A stretch of 64,000 nucleotides of DNA from Eledone cirrhosa. Taxonomy: Eukaryota. The stretch is taken from contig OZ024743.1 in assembly GCA_964016885.1 (NCBI GenBank), positions 5,084,001-5,148,000 on the forward strand. The letters are read 5' to 3'. The position numbers and the translations under genes were made by a program. The notes beneath the pieces were generated by a model that saw only the letters and a list, made by a program, of their open reading frames with translations, ran no database searches and was not told the DNA's origin. Each line of letters starts with the position of its first letter. Within the stretch, counting starts at the first letter, position 1. Shown in pieces: positions 12,360 to 25,889 of this stretch.

Positions 12360-15300
12360 AACTAACCACAACTATCACCAGTGCCACCATCATCACCAAC
12401 ACTACTACTATCATCACTACTGTCACAATTACCATCAGCACCACTACCCTCCCTACTACACCACAACTAACACCATTAGCCCCCACAACCAACACCACCA
12501 ACACAACCAACACCAACACCGACACCAAACCACCACCAACACAAACACTGCCAACACCAACACCACCACCACCGCCTACGTTACCAGCACTAAAACCACC
12601 ACCGACACCAAAACCCCAACCAACACCACCAACACCAACATCATCCCCTCCAACACCACCACCAGCTACATCACCACCACCGACACCAAAACCACCATCA
12701 CTAACACCACAGCCTACACAACCACCAACACTACAGCCTACACAACCACCGAAACCATCGACACCAAAACTACTACCAACACCACCACAGACACCACCAC
12801 CGACACCACCACCAGCACCAACAACACCACCACCATCAAAACCACCAGCAACACAACCATTACCGACACCACCACTAACACCATCAACACCACCACCACT
12901 ACATCCCCTGACACCAACACCACCATCACCATCACCAACACCAACACCACCACCACCACCACCAAAACCAACACCATCACCACCACCACCACCAATACCA
13001 CCAACACCACCACCACCACCACCAATACCACCAACACCCCCACCACCAACACCACCAACACCACCAACACCCCCACAACCAACACCACCAACACCACCAA
13101 CACCCCCACCACCAACACCACCAACACCATCACCACCACCAAAACCAATAACACCACCACCACCCCCACACCCCCACCACCCCCACACCCCCACCACCAA
13201 CACCATCAACACCACCACCACTACATCCCCTGACACAAACACCAACACCAACACCACCACCACCACCAAAACCAACAACACCACCACCACCACCAATACC
13301 ACCAACACCCCCACCACCAACACCACCAACACCATCAACACCACCACCAACACCATCAACACCACCACCACCAATACATCCCCTGACACAAACACCAACA
13401 CCACCACCAAAACCAACAACACCTCCAACAGCAACACATCACCACCACCACCACCACCAATACCACCAACACCCCCACCACCGACACCAACAACACCACC
13501 ACCAACATCACCAGCACCATCTCCAACACCACCAATATCAACAACACCAGCACCACCTACACCAGCACAAACACCAACACCACCACCACTACCACCGACA
13601 CCAACAATACCACCACCACCACCAACACCACCACCACCTACACCACCACAAACACCAACACCACCACCACCTACACCACCACAAACACCAACAATACCAG
13701 CACCACCTCCACCAACACCACCAATATCAACAACACCACCACCACCACCATCTACACCACTAACACCAACAACACCACCACCACCGACACCACCACAAAC
13801 ACCAATAACACCACCACCACCTACACCACCACAAACACCAACAACACCACCACCACCACCGACACCACCACAAACACCAACAACACCACCACCACCACCA
13901 CCGACACCACCACAAACACCAACAACACCACCACCACCACCTACACCACCACAAACACCAACAACACCACCACCACCGACACCACCACAAACACCAACAA
14001 CACCACCACCACCTACACCACCACAAACACCAACAACACCACCACCACCTACACCACCACAAACACCAACAACACCACCACCACCGACACCACCACAAAC
14101 ACCAACAACACCACCACCACCACCGACACTACCACAAACACCAACAACACCACCACCACCACCACCGACACCACCACAAACACCAATAACACCACCACCA
14201 CCACCTACACCACCACAAACACCAACAACACCACCACCACTACCTACACCACCACAAACACCAACAACACCACCACCACTACCTACACCACCACAAACAC
14301 CAACAACACCACCACCACCACCACCGACACCACCACAAACACCAATAACACCACCACCACCACCTACACCACCACAAACACCAACAACACCACCACCACT
14401 ACCTACACCACCACAAACACCAACAACACCACCACCACTACCTACACCACCACAAACACCAACACCACCACCACCACCTACACCACCACAAACACCAACA
14501 ACACCACCACCACCACCGACACCACCACAAACACCAACAACACCACCACCACCTACACCACCACAAACACCAACAACACCACCACCACCACCGACACCAC
14601 CACAAACACCAACAACACCACCACCACCACCACCGACACCACCACAAACACCAACAACACCACCACCACCACCTACACCACCACAAACACCAACAACACC
14701 ACCACCACCGACACCACCACAAACACCAACAACACCACCACCACCTACACCACCACAAACACCAACAACACCACCACCACCTACACCACCACAAACACCA
14801 ACAACACCACCACCACCGACACCACTACAAACACCAACAACACCACCACCACCACCGACACTACCACAAACACCAACAACACCACCACCACCACCACCGA
14901 CACCACCACAAACACCAATAACACCACCACCACCACCTACACCACCACAAACACCAACAACACCACCACCACTACCTACACCACCACAAACACCAACAAC
15001 ACCACCACCACTACCTACACCACCACAAACACCAACAACACCACCACCACCACCACCGACACCACCACAAACACCAATAACACCACCACCACCACCTACA
15101 CCACCACAAACACCAACAACACCACCACCACTACCTACACCACCACAAACACCAACAACACCACCACCACTACCTACACCACCACAAACACCAACACCAC
15201 CACAAACACCTACACCACCACAAACACCAACAACACCACCACCACCACCTACACCACCACAAACACCAACAACACCACCACCACCACCGACACCACCACA

Positions 15301-16430
15301 AACACCAACAACACCACCACCACCACCACCGACACCACCACAAACACCAACAACACCACCACCACTGACACCACCACAAACACCAACAACACCACCACCA
15401 CCACCGACACCACCACAAACACCAACAACACCACCACCACTACCTACACCACCACAAACACCAACAACACCACCACCACTACCTACACCACCACAAACAC
15501 CAACAACACCACCACCACCACCTACACCACCACAAACACCAACAACACCACCACCACTACCTACACCACCACAAACACCAACAACACCACCACCACCACC
15601 TACACCACCACAAACACCAACAACACCACCACCACTACCTACACCACCACAAACACCAACAACACCACCACCACTACCTACACCACCACAAACACCAACA
15701 ACACCACCACCACTACCTACACCACCACAAACACCAACAACACCACCACCACCACCTACACCACCACAAACACCAACAACACCACCACCACTACCTACAC
15801 CACCACAAACACCAACAACACCACCACCACTACCTACACCACCACAAACACCAACAACACCACCACCACCTACACCACCACAAACACCAACAACACCACC
15901 ACCACTACCTACACCACCACAAACACCAACAACACCACCACCACTACCTACACCACCACAAACACCAACAACACCACCACCACTACCTACACCACCACAA
16001 ACACCAACAACACCACCACCACTACCTACACCACCACAAACACCAACAACACCACCACCACCACCTACACCACCACAAACACCAACAACACCACCACCAC
16101 TACCTACACCACCACAAACACCAACAACACCACCACCACTACCTACACCACCACAAACACCAACAACACCACCACCACCTACACCACCACAAACACCAAC
16201 AACACCACCACCACTACCTACACCACCACAAACACCAACAACACCACCACCACCACCTACACCACCACAAACACCAACAACACCACCGCCACCACCACCA
16301 CCACAAACACCAACAACACCACCACCACTACCTACACCACCACAAACACCAACAACACCACCGCCACCACCACCACCACAAACACCAACAACACCACCAC
16401 CACCACCACCACCACCTACACCACTAACAC
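12360..16430. repeat. 4-kb ACC-rich array; the 3' ~2.7 kb is a 36/39/42-bp minisatellite
   Basis: Unit ~acaccaccacaaacaccaacaacaccaccaccactacct, varying by whole ACC triplets. Confidence 0.92.
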
Positions 16431-16652
16431 CGCAAAGGATAACAGCCCTGACCGGTGATGATTGCTGACCACAAAACAGCAAGTGACTGAACAACTGCAG
16501 TATCAGTTACAGCAATTAAATCACCGCTTGTATTAAACCTCTGAGGGGGAAGGTTGGTTGCTGTCGTTATCATAGCAGACATATTGCTACGGCTGCCTCT
16601 CTGTCTGTCTGTCTGTCTGTCTGTCTGTGTGTGTGTGTCTGTGTGTGTGTGT

Positions 16653-16716
<64 letters not shown>

Positions 16717-16940
16717 CTGTTTGTGTATTTGTGTCTGTGTTTGTACGTGCGTGTGTTTGTATTTTATATATATATATATATATATGTGTGTGTGCGTGTG
16801 CGTGTGTATGTTTGTGTGTGTGTTTGTATATATATATATGTATATGTGTGTGTGTGCAAAAAGTAAATAGAAACAACAAAGCAAACGGCACTGTACAATG
16901 AAATAATAAATTAGTTTAACGCTTGATATAGTAGGAAAAG

Positions 16941-16979
16941 AGTCTTAACGTTTCGGACACTAGTCTTTTATCAGAAGAT
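16941..16979 (-). ncRNA. Degenerate minimal hammerhead ribozyme
   Basis: Minus strand: tctt-CTGATAA-aagac tagt gtcc-GAAA-cgtt-aaga; G8>A change in the core. Confidence 0.45.
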
Positions 16980-17140
16980 AGAATGAGATAGAAATGGTGA
17001 AATAGAAAGATGCAGAGTGAGAAAAGAAAAGAACAGAAAAAATATTGAGAAAAAAACACATATATTCATCAGTCAGATGCAAACATACGTACATATATAG
17101 ACATACATATTTATATGTGAATAAAACTCAAAAGTCTATA

Positions 17141-17187
<47 letters not shown>

Positions 17188-17190
<3 letters not shown>

Positions 17191-17880
17191 TAATATATAA
17201 AGTTCAGTGTGTGGTCATGCTCCTTTCTTATAGAAATCTACGATATAGAATTTCTTCAATTGAAATTTACAATTCAGTATTCGAAATAGCATCGATTGCG
17301 TCTTGACACATCTAATTTTTTCAATTTCACCCACAATTACGCAAAAAATAGATAAAACTCAATATTTTACGATTTTTCTCTGTCATTTAAACTGCTAAAC
17401 TCTTTCCACTACCATTCAAAATCTATACAACTTCATACTTTCTGCTACTTTCTCTTTCCATATCACACCACCCCCCTACTGTCTTAAATTTAGAAAACAC
17501 ATATCCTCTATGAGGTCACTAAACCTGCTAGAAACAACAGCTAACTCTCCCTCATATCACAACCCTCCCTACTGTCTTAAATTTAGAAAACACACAGACA
17601 ACCATGCAGAACAACTCCATCGCAGCTCTGTTGTTCGGCTGGCATCGTCTACGCGCGTGTTGCGCAAGTACTGTGAAACAATAAATTTCAACACTTTTTT
17701 GCACAGAGATAATATCCATAGGCGAAACTACAATTGTCACTGCTGGCGCAGCTCATGCTTCCAGGTCTGCAATTCATTCACCCAGTGCCTGGCAGACAAA
17801 AAAGTGCTGCCATAAAATGGGTGGTGCAACCTAACTTTGGTAACTTAATGACCCCGAGCAACGCCGGGCTTTAATGCTAG
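17188..17880 (+). mobile_element. Non-autonomous Helitron
   Basis: A|TC 5' end (17188), subterminal hairpin cccgagcaacgccggg, CTAG|T 3' end (17877-17880), inserted in (TA)n without a TSD. Confidence 0.82.
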
Positions 17881-17928
17881 TATATATATATATATATAAA
17901 TATATATATATATAAATATATATATATA

Positions 17929-19770
17929 AACCACGATGAACTGAAGAAAATGATTGCACATGCGGTAGGGGCCAGCATAAAATTAACCCTTAAGGAACAT
18001 ATGTTCAAATTTAATGGAAAAACATATGCCCAAGAGGAAGGAGCAGCCATTGGTGTTAGCATTGCAGGCGACATAGCTAACTTATTCATGGTATGGTGGG
18101 ACAGTAGACTTAAACTTAAACTTAAAGAACAATTAGAAGACAGCTTAACCCTGATAATGTACTCCCGCTAGGTAGATGATATAAACATCGTAGTTAAGAC
18201 ACCCCCACTAGAGAACAGTCAGGAACTAGAGAAAAACACAATGGAAAGCATCCAGCAAATAGCAAACTCCATCCACCAGAGCATTAGAGTTACTATAGAC
18301 TACCCAAGTAGACACCCCAACCATCGATTACCTGTACTAGACACAGAGCTCTGGTTAGATACCATTAACAACCAAAAACAAATCCTCCATTCCCATTATG
18401 CCAATCCCATGACTTCCAAACATCTGATCCACCGAAACTCGGCCATTTCGGACCATACCAAAATCAACATACTGATTGCGGATTTGGTACGGGTGATGAG
18501 AAATGTGTCCCGCATGTGCAACCCCGAAGAACTAGAGAGACACATACAACACTTCATCCACCGTATGCAGTTCTCTGGCTACAATCAGAGAGATAGAATC
18601 AGAGTGTATAGAGGAGCCAGAACCAAATGGTAAATAATGACATAAATGGGACCTGCCCCTTGTATAGGAGCAAATTTTGGAATAGAATAGAAAGAACTAG
18701 GAACAAGGCCAATAGAATAAACTCATGGTATGATAGCAATAAATACCAGAGTGTAATGTTCATCGATAGAGGCGAACTAGCCTACAAATTTAGAAGGGCC
18801 CTAAATAAACATAAACTCAATATTAAGATAGTAGAAAGACCAGGTACCTCCGTAAAAACACTTATTAGCAAGACATACCCGTTCCAAAGACCCTCATGTA
18901 TAGATAAGAAATGTATAACCTGTAAAATAAGCCCCCATATTAACTGTAAAACTAGAAATGTAGTGTATAGCATAATATGTACTGAAGGACAATGTAGAAA
19001 CAAAAATATAGTGTACATAGGTGAGACAGCTCGTAGTATAGGGGAACGGATAAATGAACACTGACGAGACCTTCAAGATAATAAAGAATCATCTGTACTC
19101 TACCAACATGCTAAGATAGAACACAAGGGTAAATTAGAGAACACAGAAATAAAAATAGAATCTACACACAGAAAAGATGCAATGTTTAGACAAATTACAG
19201 AGGCAATAAACATAAAAGAATTACAACCAAAATTAAATAGAAAATATGAGTGGAACAGCAACATCACAACTTACAATTAAGGACAAAATGAAAACACACA
19301 CACACATAGAACAAACAACCAACCAATAACATGTAAATAAATAAATAAATAGATAAATGAACACAAACACACAGACACCCGGATGTGGCGCATGCGCAAA
19401 CTGAGCACACAACACACCCACAGAAACAAAATGGCGTAGGACAGAAGAAAGGAAAGGCACAGAAACAAAGAAAGGAATCCCCAGTCACTGAAGAGGTCAC
19501 AGAGTGTGTGACGAAAGGACTATGACTATATATAAACAACTATCTGGTTGTGGAACCAACCAACCAACCAGAAATTTATAAATTTGTAGATTTGTAAATT
19601 TATAAATTTATAAATATATAAATATATAATAAATTGAAGTGAAAGCAACTGGTGCGTGTGTTTCTTATTGGCAACATGACCCTCCCAAAGTATAACAATA
19701 TCGGTTTCAACACACGATTTCAGATAAAGAATCTTGCTAAACAAATTCAGAAACGAAATATATAAATATA
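17929..19770 (+). pseudogene. 5'-truncated, decayed PLE (Nematis-like RT + GIY-YIG) with 3' pLTR
   Basis: GAAIGVSIAGDIANLFMVWWD, YSR*VDD (stop 18169), LPVLD, frameshift ~18630, CIDKKCITC..NCKTRNVVYSIIC..C..YIGETARS..ER..EH* (stop 19062), RQITEAINI..LNRKYEW; ORF end 19280. The clade assignment is tentative. Confidence 0.85.
19483..19527 (+). ncRNA. Minimal type I hammerhead ribozyme in the PLE pLTR
   Basis: agtca-CTGAAGA-g-gtcaca gagtg tgtgac-GAAA-ggac-TA-tgact. Confidence 0.7.
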
Positions 19771-19998
19771 AATTGGCGAGAATCGAATTTCAGCTCAGGA
19801 ATTAACGAAAAACACTTCCGAGTTGTGTGGCAAGCTCGATAATTCATATGAATTAGAGCTACAACATACGTTAAAGGCCAAACACACTAAGATGGTGGTT
19901 GAACTTATCATCCGCACAGCCAAAAAAAACGATCAAGCAATTCGGGTCAAACAAATAAAAATATATGTGATTGAAAATTTACCCGGACCCCTGGAGAT

Positions 19999-20045
<47 letters not shown>

Positions 20046-20944
20046 CATGCCAACACAAGAGCAAGAATGAGGGGCTCATTCTACTGGCATGGCTTAAAAG
20101 AGGCTGTTTGCATAATTGAAAACGAATCGAATAACTCCGATTACATTTATTGTATTCAGCGAGGATGGAACAATAACATTTTTAGAAGTGCAGTGTATTT
20201 TGTTTCATGCAGTTTCAAATCGGCTGCAATTGATGTTGAAGGATATCTTTTATTAATAATTTACCCAAGTTATCGATGCAATGGATACAAGCATGGCCAG
20301 CTACAATGATACTAATTGTAGTTCTATAATTTTGCTGCTGGAAAAAGCTGCTTCGATAGTTTGTTGTGAATTTTTGTTTATTAAACCACTAGTTTTTTTC
20401 TCTTTAGCTAAAAAAAACATGATTTTTAAATAAAGTATTGTGAATTTATATTTACTACCGCTACCTTAGGTGCCCTTACCAGAGTTCACTCTGTTGCATT
20501 CCAGGGTGGATTTCCAGTTTAAACACACTTTCTTCTTTCCTTTCCACCAGTGATGGTAGCTATGAAAAGGGTCATGGACACTACTTTTCCTCTTAATCAA
20601 GCAATAAAAAACATATTTATTGCTATAGTGCTTTGCTTCTCTCACCCAATTTAGAAATGGTAAATCATTTGCCAAGAATTTATTTTTTTTTACTTTTACT
20701 TTCTATCGTACTTTGATCACTTGATCATATATACATGATTGTAGTTTGGGAATAATCGATATATGTTGCTAGTTTTCCTTTTTCTTTTTTTTTTTCCTTT
20801 TTTTAATATTCAGCTTGATCCCGACACCGGTGATCTTTGAGTATAAGGTGCAACTTTCACTTTGTCAAACAAAATAAAAGGGGGCCATACCTTATACTCA
20901 ATGATCTGCCACGTGACTGAATAATTGCTGCCAGAGAGTTTCAT

Positions 20945-21097
20945 TTCACGCCATGCTAGTTACGTCCATTTACGATCTGAGTTCAAATACCGCCGAGGTT
21001 GACTTTGCCTTTCATCCTTACGGGGTCGATAAAATAAAGTACCAGTAATGCACTGCTAATTGCTGGCCTTGTGCCTAAAGTAGAAATAATTATTATA
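20945..21097 (+). mobile_element. 5'-truncated tRNA-derived SINE
   Basis: Matches the SINE body and 3' end. Confidence 0.8.
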
Positions 21098-21159
21098 TGG
21101 TGTAGCATTCCGTGGAAGTCAACTTTGCTTTTCATCCTTCTAGGGATGATAAAATAAAG

Positions 21160-21386
21160 ATAACACAACACACAAGAAGGTGTAGGACAGAACAAAGGAG
21201 CGATACAAACTAACAAATTAGTGACTGGGGAGGTCACAAAATATGTGACGAAAGAGCTTTGACGATAAATAAATAAACAATCATCTGCTTATTAAACCAA
21301 CCAACTGGAAATTTGTAATAAATTTAAGTGAAAAACAACAGGTGTGTGTGTTTTTATTGGCAGCATGACCCTCTCAAAGTATAATA

Positions 21387-21390
<4 letters not shown>
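21160..21390 (+). mobile_element. Solo pLTR of the Nematis-like PLE (HHR core mutated to CTGGGGA)
   Basis: Aligns with 19405-19700 and ends in (TA)n. Confidence 0.78.
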
Positions 21391-21455
<65 letters not shown>

Positions 21456-22856
21456 GAGAGAAAGCGGAGGAATTAACAAATAAGATACTGTTAATTCCTT
21501 AGGTTTAGATGTATTTCTGGCATCAGACAGTTGTTTAAGACACGCTGGACTTCTGAAGAACGAAGATGGATCTTGTTAGTATGTTCACAAACTCCGTTTA
21601 AAATACAATCGTTTTAAAGCTTGTCACTGCCTTTTTTTAAAATGACAGAAACAGAGTAAATAATACGCTACTTGTCTATTATATTTTGTTCAAAAGACAG
21701 AGAGTTGGCAAAACAATAGAATTGTTGACAAATCACTTTACAGTATTTAGTTTAGTTCGACAATGTTATGAGTTCAAATTTCGTCAGAGCCGACTTTTGA
21801 CTTTCAACTGATCAGATTCCATAAAGTACCAGGCTTGTTAGTGTTGTTATTGCTGTTTAGTTGCTCGATCTGCAAGAAAAAGTAGCCCGGACTGAAAAAC
21901 ATTGAGTGGTGATGAGAAAAGAAAATGTCAACCTAAATAGCTCGCTGTTCAAAGAGCATCGTGAAACACTCAGTATTTACCAATACTTAATCATTCTTAT
22001 ATTTTGGCGTAAAGTTCTAAACTAGGTTTTCAAGTCATCCATATATTTACACACCCGTGGGATACATTAGGTAACGGCTTCTCATTCAGCTTTTAGAATT
22101 AGCAATCGAATTAGTTCGAAAATGAGATGTAGATACAGAATCTTCTCTGCTTCTTCTCTGGGAGTCAAGGAGTTCATTCCATGTAGTTCATTTCCAATTC
22201 TCATGATGCTATTTACTTTATCAATACAAACATTTTTATGAATGCATTTCAAAACTTGCTGTTTAGTAAATGTTTGTCGAAAGAATATGATGCGACATTC
22301 AAAGGTTATTTAAATCGATGTTAAGCCTCAGCCTCCTTGTTTTCGTTTTACGTAGAGGCAATCAAAATCACTATTGATGTGAACATTTCTGTTGCATCAA
22401 AGCCTACCCCTTCCCTTCCTCAAGAGTGTTCAAGGTGAGTCTCATAAAAAAAAAAAAATTAGGCACAAAAGGATACAAACATATACAGAACGTAAAATAT
22501 AATTTTACTCCGAAATATTTTTTTTCATTTTTCTTGGAAAACATTTTTTTTTTCAAAATATAATACTAGTCTATATAATTACTCTACTATTTGTAATATA
22601 GTTGGTTACTTGATACGTGAGGAGATCATGGGTGACGTTGTTTAGTGCTAATATTTCTATTCTGTTGAAGGTTTTATGTATCATAAAGACCTGTCAATTC
22701 CTAGCAGGTTCAAGTCACGCAGAATTATGATGTTAGTACAAGACTCAACATATCCGAGTACCTTCTTCTTGTCATAGTGTCCTTAAAACAGTTTTAATGG
22801 AAAGTTGCGCCGGTGTCGTTAGAAGACTCTTGTGTTTATTTCTTAAGAGCACTCAA

Positions 22857-23472
22857 AATAATGGTTTCTGATTTAGGCACAAGACCAACAATTTTGATTA
22901 AAACGATCTCAGTGTATTACTGGTATTTTATTTTATCGACCCCGTAAGGATGAAAAGCAAAGCTAACCTCGATGGGATTTGAACTCAGAACGAAAAGGGT
23001 CATAACTATATGCCACAAAACATGTTGTCCGACGCTCTACCGATACTGCCATTCCACCGACCTTGAGCACTGATTAATAATAATTGTTTCTACTTTTTGG
23101 CACAAAGCCAGCAATTACCCAGTACATTACTGGTACTTTATTTTATCGACCCCGTATGGATGAAAGGCAAAGTTAACCTCGGCGGGATTTGAACTCAGAA
23201 TGGCAAGGGCCGTAACTCTATGCGTCAAAGCATGGCGTCCGACCCTCTACCGATACTGCCAAGTCACCGCAATGATTTCTATTACAGATACAAGACCAGC
23301 AATTTGGGGGGAGAGGAAAGTCCACCCCAGTACGTGACTACAACTTTATTTTATCGACCCCGAAAAGCAAAGCTAACCTCGGCGGGATTTGAACTCAGGA
23401 TGTAAAGGGCCGTAATTCTATGCCGCGAAGCAGGGTCTCCGATGCTCTGCCAATTCACCACCAATTCACCGC
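22857..23472 (-). mobile_element. Three head-to-tail tRNA-derived SINE copies
   Basis: Three successive ttttatcgaccccg...gggatttgaactcag units. Confidence 0.85.
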
Positions 23473-23556
23473 CCTATAATAATAGTCATTAAGTTTTGTT
23501 TGTGGACGTTTTCAAGTCTAGGTTAAGCAATATATTTAATTGTGGAAATTGTAGAT

Positions 23557-23759
23557 CCCAAAGTATGTTATAGTCTATATAATAGACTATCCCAAAGTAT
23601 GTTATAGTCTATATAATAGACTATCCCAAAGTATGTTATAGTCTATATAATAGACTATCCCAAAGTATGTTATAGTCTATATAATAGACTATCCCAAAGT
23701 ATGTTATAGTCTATATAATAGACTCTCCCAAAGTATGTTATCGGCATATATAGACTATC
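23557..23759. repeat. 34-bp tandem repeat (~6 copies) with an internal hairpin
   Basis: cccaaagtatgtt-atagtctat-ata-atagactat at 23557, 23591, 23625, 23659, 23693, 23727. Confidence 0.92.
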
Positions 23760-23804
23760 AATGACTTCCACGTGTACTTGCCCCCGTAATATAATCCTCA
23801 GACA

Positions 23805-23845
23805 AGTGTAGTGGTTATCACGTCCGCTTAACACGCAAACGGCCA
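23805..23845 (+). pseudogene. tRNA-Val(AAC) fragment (D arm + anticodon arm only)
   Basis: agtgtagtggttatcacgtccgcttAACacgcaaacggcc closely matches the metazoan tRNA-Val core; acceptor stem and T arm are absent. Confidence 0.7.
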
Positions 23846-23969
23846 CGAGCTGGAATTAGAGAACACCTTGTAGTCGCTCCGTTCGCTAGAAATAGCAGCC
23901 AAATATGTTTTTCATAAATCACATCTTACTGCCTAAAAAACAAGGACACGTTTAATAATGATGTCTACT

Positions 23970-24363
23970 ATAAGCAAAGGCCAGCAATTTAGGGAGGGGA
24001 AAAAGTTGATAAAATCGACTCCAGTGAATTACTGGTACTTTATTTTATCGACCCCCATAAGGAGGAAAGGCAAAGCTAATCTCGACGGGATTTGAAGTCA
24101 GAACGTAAAAGGCTATAACTCTATGCTGCAAAGCATGATGTCTGACGCTCTACCGATACTGTCAATCCACCGTTAAATAATTGTTTCTACTTTAGGCACA
24201 AGGCCAGCAATTACCCAGTGCATTACTGGTACTTTATTTTATCGACCCCGTAAGGATGAAAGGCAAAGTCAACCTCGGCGGGATTTGAACTCAGATCGTA
24301 AAGGGACGTAACTATGCTGGAAAGCATGGCGTCCGACCCTCTACCGATACTGCCAATCCACCG
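23970..24363 (-). mobile_element. Two head-to-tail tRNA-derived SINE copies
   Basis: Match to the SINE at 27879-28070. Confidence 0.85.
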
Positions 24364-25759
24364 TTAAATAATGACGTCCTATGGTTGAAACAAATCATTG
24401 GAGAAGATCGGGAGCTAAATAACAGAACTACCAGACAGAACTGATGTGACATTAATGTAACAAAGCTCGACCCTCGAATCACAAGTATAGTTCCCCGGCG
24501 AGCTTCTTACATAATTTCCGTCTTCGTAATTTCACTTATAAAGCCTGGATCGAAACAAACCTATAACAAAAGTTGTTTGCCAAGGGTACCGCTCTGGGGA
24601 AATGTTGAAGGAAACCGAAAGTGTAGATAGGGACGCCTACGGGAATCGAACCATGCATCTACGGGTGTAATAGCCATTACACTAAAGCGATCTGGCTAAC
24701 CTTTCACGTCCCGTAAACGCCTCTATCCATCTTTTTGCTGTTTCTAAAGGTAATTTTCCTGATTTATTCAACTATTTTGTAATTAGGAGATGAATTGTAA
24801 AAACTTTTTACAATAAAAGCAAATAAATTTCAAATTTTAAAACTTGCCCAAACATTCGTAAACTTATCGGTTTATTTATATTCCTAGTCAACAGCTATGA
24901 ATTCTGTTTAGGCGCAGAAAGACAGGACGGTCACGGCTAGAACACCTTTGATCATAGAGTTGCTTCATTAGAGCTGGCCTTGATAACAGTGACTATGATA
25001 ATAAATAACCATGTGTAAACACTTGGACTCACGTACAACCACATACACACGCGCACACAGACACACACATACATACACACACACAAACATATACTCATAC
25101 GCACAAACACACACAACCAAAAATGCTACTATAACCTCACGTATATCACATACACACACACAACCAAAATTACTACCATAAACACATATATATATATATA
25201 CGCACGCATGCATGTACACACATTCACACGCCGACGTATATACATAAACACATACATAAACGATAATTCAGTCACCCATTTATTTACTCTCCTTCCCCTC
25301 ATTCACACAAACACACAAACGCACACTTCTCTTCTTCCACCCTCAACAACTTTCACCATCACCACCCCTTCTACTGCTAGACCATATCTCCCAGCCGTAC
25401 GAGCCTGGAATCCTCGCGACGCTGTCGTTCCCATGAAGCGCGCGTGCCACGCTTGCTCTCACGGTCGGCAAACTCTTACTGTACGTTCGCTCACTCAATC
25501 ACACGCCCTTCCCATATCCCTCCTCTATTCTCTCCCTTTCTCTCCCTCCCCCTCTCTCTCTATCCCTCTCTCACCTCTCCTCTCCTCCTCTGTTTTATTA
25601 CTCTCTTTCAGTCAGTAGCTTTATACGCACCTGTAGCAATTGAACATGGATATAGTAATAGCCACTCGCCTGTCAACGGCATCTTGAGCTTTTCGCTGCT
25701 TTCTCTCCGCTAGCTTTTATGTATTGATAAGCCCTTACACACACATACATGCACGCACA

Positions 25760-25884
<125 letters not shown>

Positions 25885-25889
25885 GCAAA

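Noticed and set aside
19062-19064. In-frame TGA in the PLE endonuclease as possible selenocysteine, as in Naiad elements
   Set aside because: Not at a conserved Cys. The element has a C-terminal EN and also carries a TAG and a frameshift, so simple decay explains it
20466-20675. DPFHSYHH motif as a KDZ-type transposase remnant
   Set aside because: Too short and without supporting motifs to call by eye
21553-21600. CTGAAGA boxes here and at ~61063 as hammerheads
   Set aside because: No stem II or GAAA box in register
23805-23845. Functional tRNA-Val gene
   Set aside because: Lacks the acceptor stem, T arm and B box
23870-23960. ctagaaatagcagccaaat repeat, also near 17520, 50915, 52165 and 55830
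   Set aside because: Clearly a dispersed old repeat, but its boundaries and class cannot be defined from this window
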